A stretch of 64,000 nucleotides of DNA from Candidatus Zhuqueibacterota bacterium (GTDB lineage Bacteria > Zhuqueibacterota > Zhuqueibacteria > Residuimicrobiales > Residuimicrobiaceae). Location: assembly GCA_963169875.1 (NCBI GenBank), contig CAUJEL010000040.1, forward strand, positions 16,323 through 80,322. Direction: 5' to 3'. Positions 63,066 through 64,000 of the stretch are shown piece after piece (positions within the stretch are counted from its first letter, which is position 1; every line of letters begins with the position of its first letter). The translations under genes were made by a program, and so were the position numbers. Under the pieces are notes generated by a model that was not told where the DNA came from, searched no databases, and was given only the letters and a program-made list of their open reading frames with translations.

Positions 63066-64000
63066 ATGCACGCTGATGTTGATGAAAAAGAGCTGCTCTT
63101 TGAACAGCTCTATAAAAAGTTAAGGAATGTCATTCCCGTCGCCGAAATCCGCCACAAAGCAAAGCTGGCCGCAGAGATCAACCGCCTCAAACAGGCGCGC
63201 AACGCGGTCATCCTCGGCCATAATTACATGGAACCCGCCCTGTATCACTCCGTACCGGATTTTCGCGGGGATTCCCTTGAACTGAGCCGCCGCGCGGCGC
63301 AAACGGACAAGGATATCATCATTTTTTGCGGCGTGCGTTTCATGGCCGAGACCGCCAAAATCCTCAGTCCGCAAAAAACCGTATTGATTCCATCCTCCAA
63401 AGCGGGCTGCTCCCTGGCGGAGAGCATCACCGCCGAGGATGTTCGCCAGCTGAAAAAAATGTATCCCGGTGTGCCCGTCATCACCTATGTCAATACCTAT
63501 GCCGATGTCAAAGCGGAATGCGATATCTGTTGCACCTCCGGCAATGCCGCGGCCGTGGTGCGTTCCTTCAAGGATGAGACAGTCATCTTTCTGCCGGATC
63601 AATACCTCGCCAGCAATGTGGCGCGCGAAACCGGCAAACATATTGTTTTTCCTGTGAAAAGTGCGGCTGGTTTGATCAAACCGGATCCCAATCTCGATTA
63701 TGCCATGATCGGCTGGCAGGGGCGCTGCGAAGTGCACGAAAAATTTACGGTGGAAGATATCGTCAACATTCGCGCCCAATTTCCGGACGTGGTCATCCTG
63801 GCACATCCGGAGTGCAGTCCGGAGGTGGTGGCTGCAGCCGATTATTCCGGCAGCACTTCGGCGATGATCCGCTACGTTCAGGAGACCAAAGCGCCGCACT
63901 ATCTGCTGCTGACCGAATGCAGCATGGGCGACAACATCGCCGCGGAGAATCCGGAGAAAGAGATGCTGCGCTTATGCTCGGTGCGCTGTCCCCATATGAA
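63066..64000 (+). CDS. nadA: Quinolinate synthase NadA (3' end runs off window)
   Basis: MHADVDEKELLFEQLYKKL...AVILGHNYMEPALY...FCGVRFMAETAKIL...ECSMGDNI, a type NadA. No stop inside the window, so it is absent from the ORF track; the - ORF 63120..63899 is its antisense shadow. Confidence 0.85.
   Translation, partial: MHADVDEKELLFEQLYKKLRNVIPVAEIRHKAKLAAEINRLKQARNAVILGHNYMEPALYHSVPDFRGDSLELSRRAAQTDKDIIIFCGVRFMAETAKILSPQKTVLIPSSKAGCSLAESITAEDVRQLKKMYPGVPVITYVNTYADVKAECDICCTSGNAAAVVRSFKDETVIFLPDQYLASNVARETGKHIVFPVKSAAGLIKPDPNLDYAMIGWQGRCEVHEKFTVEDIVNIRAQFPDVVILAHPECSPEVVAAADYSGSTSAMIRYVQETKAPHYLLLTECSMGDNIAAENPEKEMLRLCSVRCPHM

Noticed and set aside
63120-63899. 259-aa - ORF
   Set aside because: Antisense of nadA.

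Overview
This is a ~64 kb, GC-rich bacterial contig. It probably comes from an FCB-group organism: there are at least five type-IX-secretion (T9SS) cargo genes with C-terminal sorting domains, and genes carry Shine-Dalgarno-type ribosome-binding sites. The window is bounded by a 3'-truncated topA (minus strand, 1..2436) and a 3'-truncated nadA (plus strand, 63066..64000). Neither is in the ORF track because they run off the edges.

The minus-strand backbone from 3.8 to 36.5 kb is a purine/heterocycle catabolic locus. It is syntenic with, and by eye highly similar to, the E. coli ygeW-ygeY-hyuA-ssnA-ygfK-xdhABC 'selenium-dependent molybdenum hydroxylase' neighbourhood. It contains a MocA-like nucleotidyltransferase, a TrpB-like PLP enzyme, the YgeW carbamoyltransferase, a two-subunit FeS+Mo hydroxylase without an FAD subunit, a hydantoinase-like amidohydrolase, a threonine-synthase-like PLP enzyme, the YgeY M20 hydrolase, the SsnA amidohydrolase, a YgfK-like FAD/FeS oxidoreductase, and a complete XdhA(FeS+FAD)/XdhB(Mo)/XdhC set.

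This backbone is interrupted three times by plus-strand accessory genes:
- The first insert is an isoprenoid-synthase-like protein plus two secreted proteins. It is punctuated by three copies of a ~230-290 nt structured repeat, and carries a direct-repeat insertion scar.
- The second insert is a 964-aa protein combining a PfkB-like domain, an AAA+ ATPase and two RyR domains.
- The third insert is a T9SS cargo protein whose mature N-terminus is a near-exact eukaryotic ubiquitin (69/74 identical residues, no C-terminal Gly-Gly).

Downstream of the locus lie a DUF2461 protein, a cystathionine gamma-synthase/lyase-family gene preceded by an array of TTCGGAA boxes, and archaeal-type gatD and gatE. 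The gatD and gatE genes are separated by a metV-metF pair and a YiiX-like permuted-papain membrane protein. Further on come a ~1100-aa T9SS adhesin/GH-like gene split by a single in-frame TAG, a beta-carbonic anhydrase, a GH29 fucosidase, membrane proteins, an M4 metalloprotease with a stand-alone propeptide-like lipoprotein, an ABC exporter and an rsmB/F-family methyltransferase.

I saw no rRNA, tRNA, CRISPR array, transposase or integrase.
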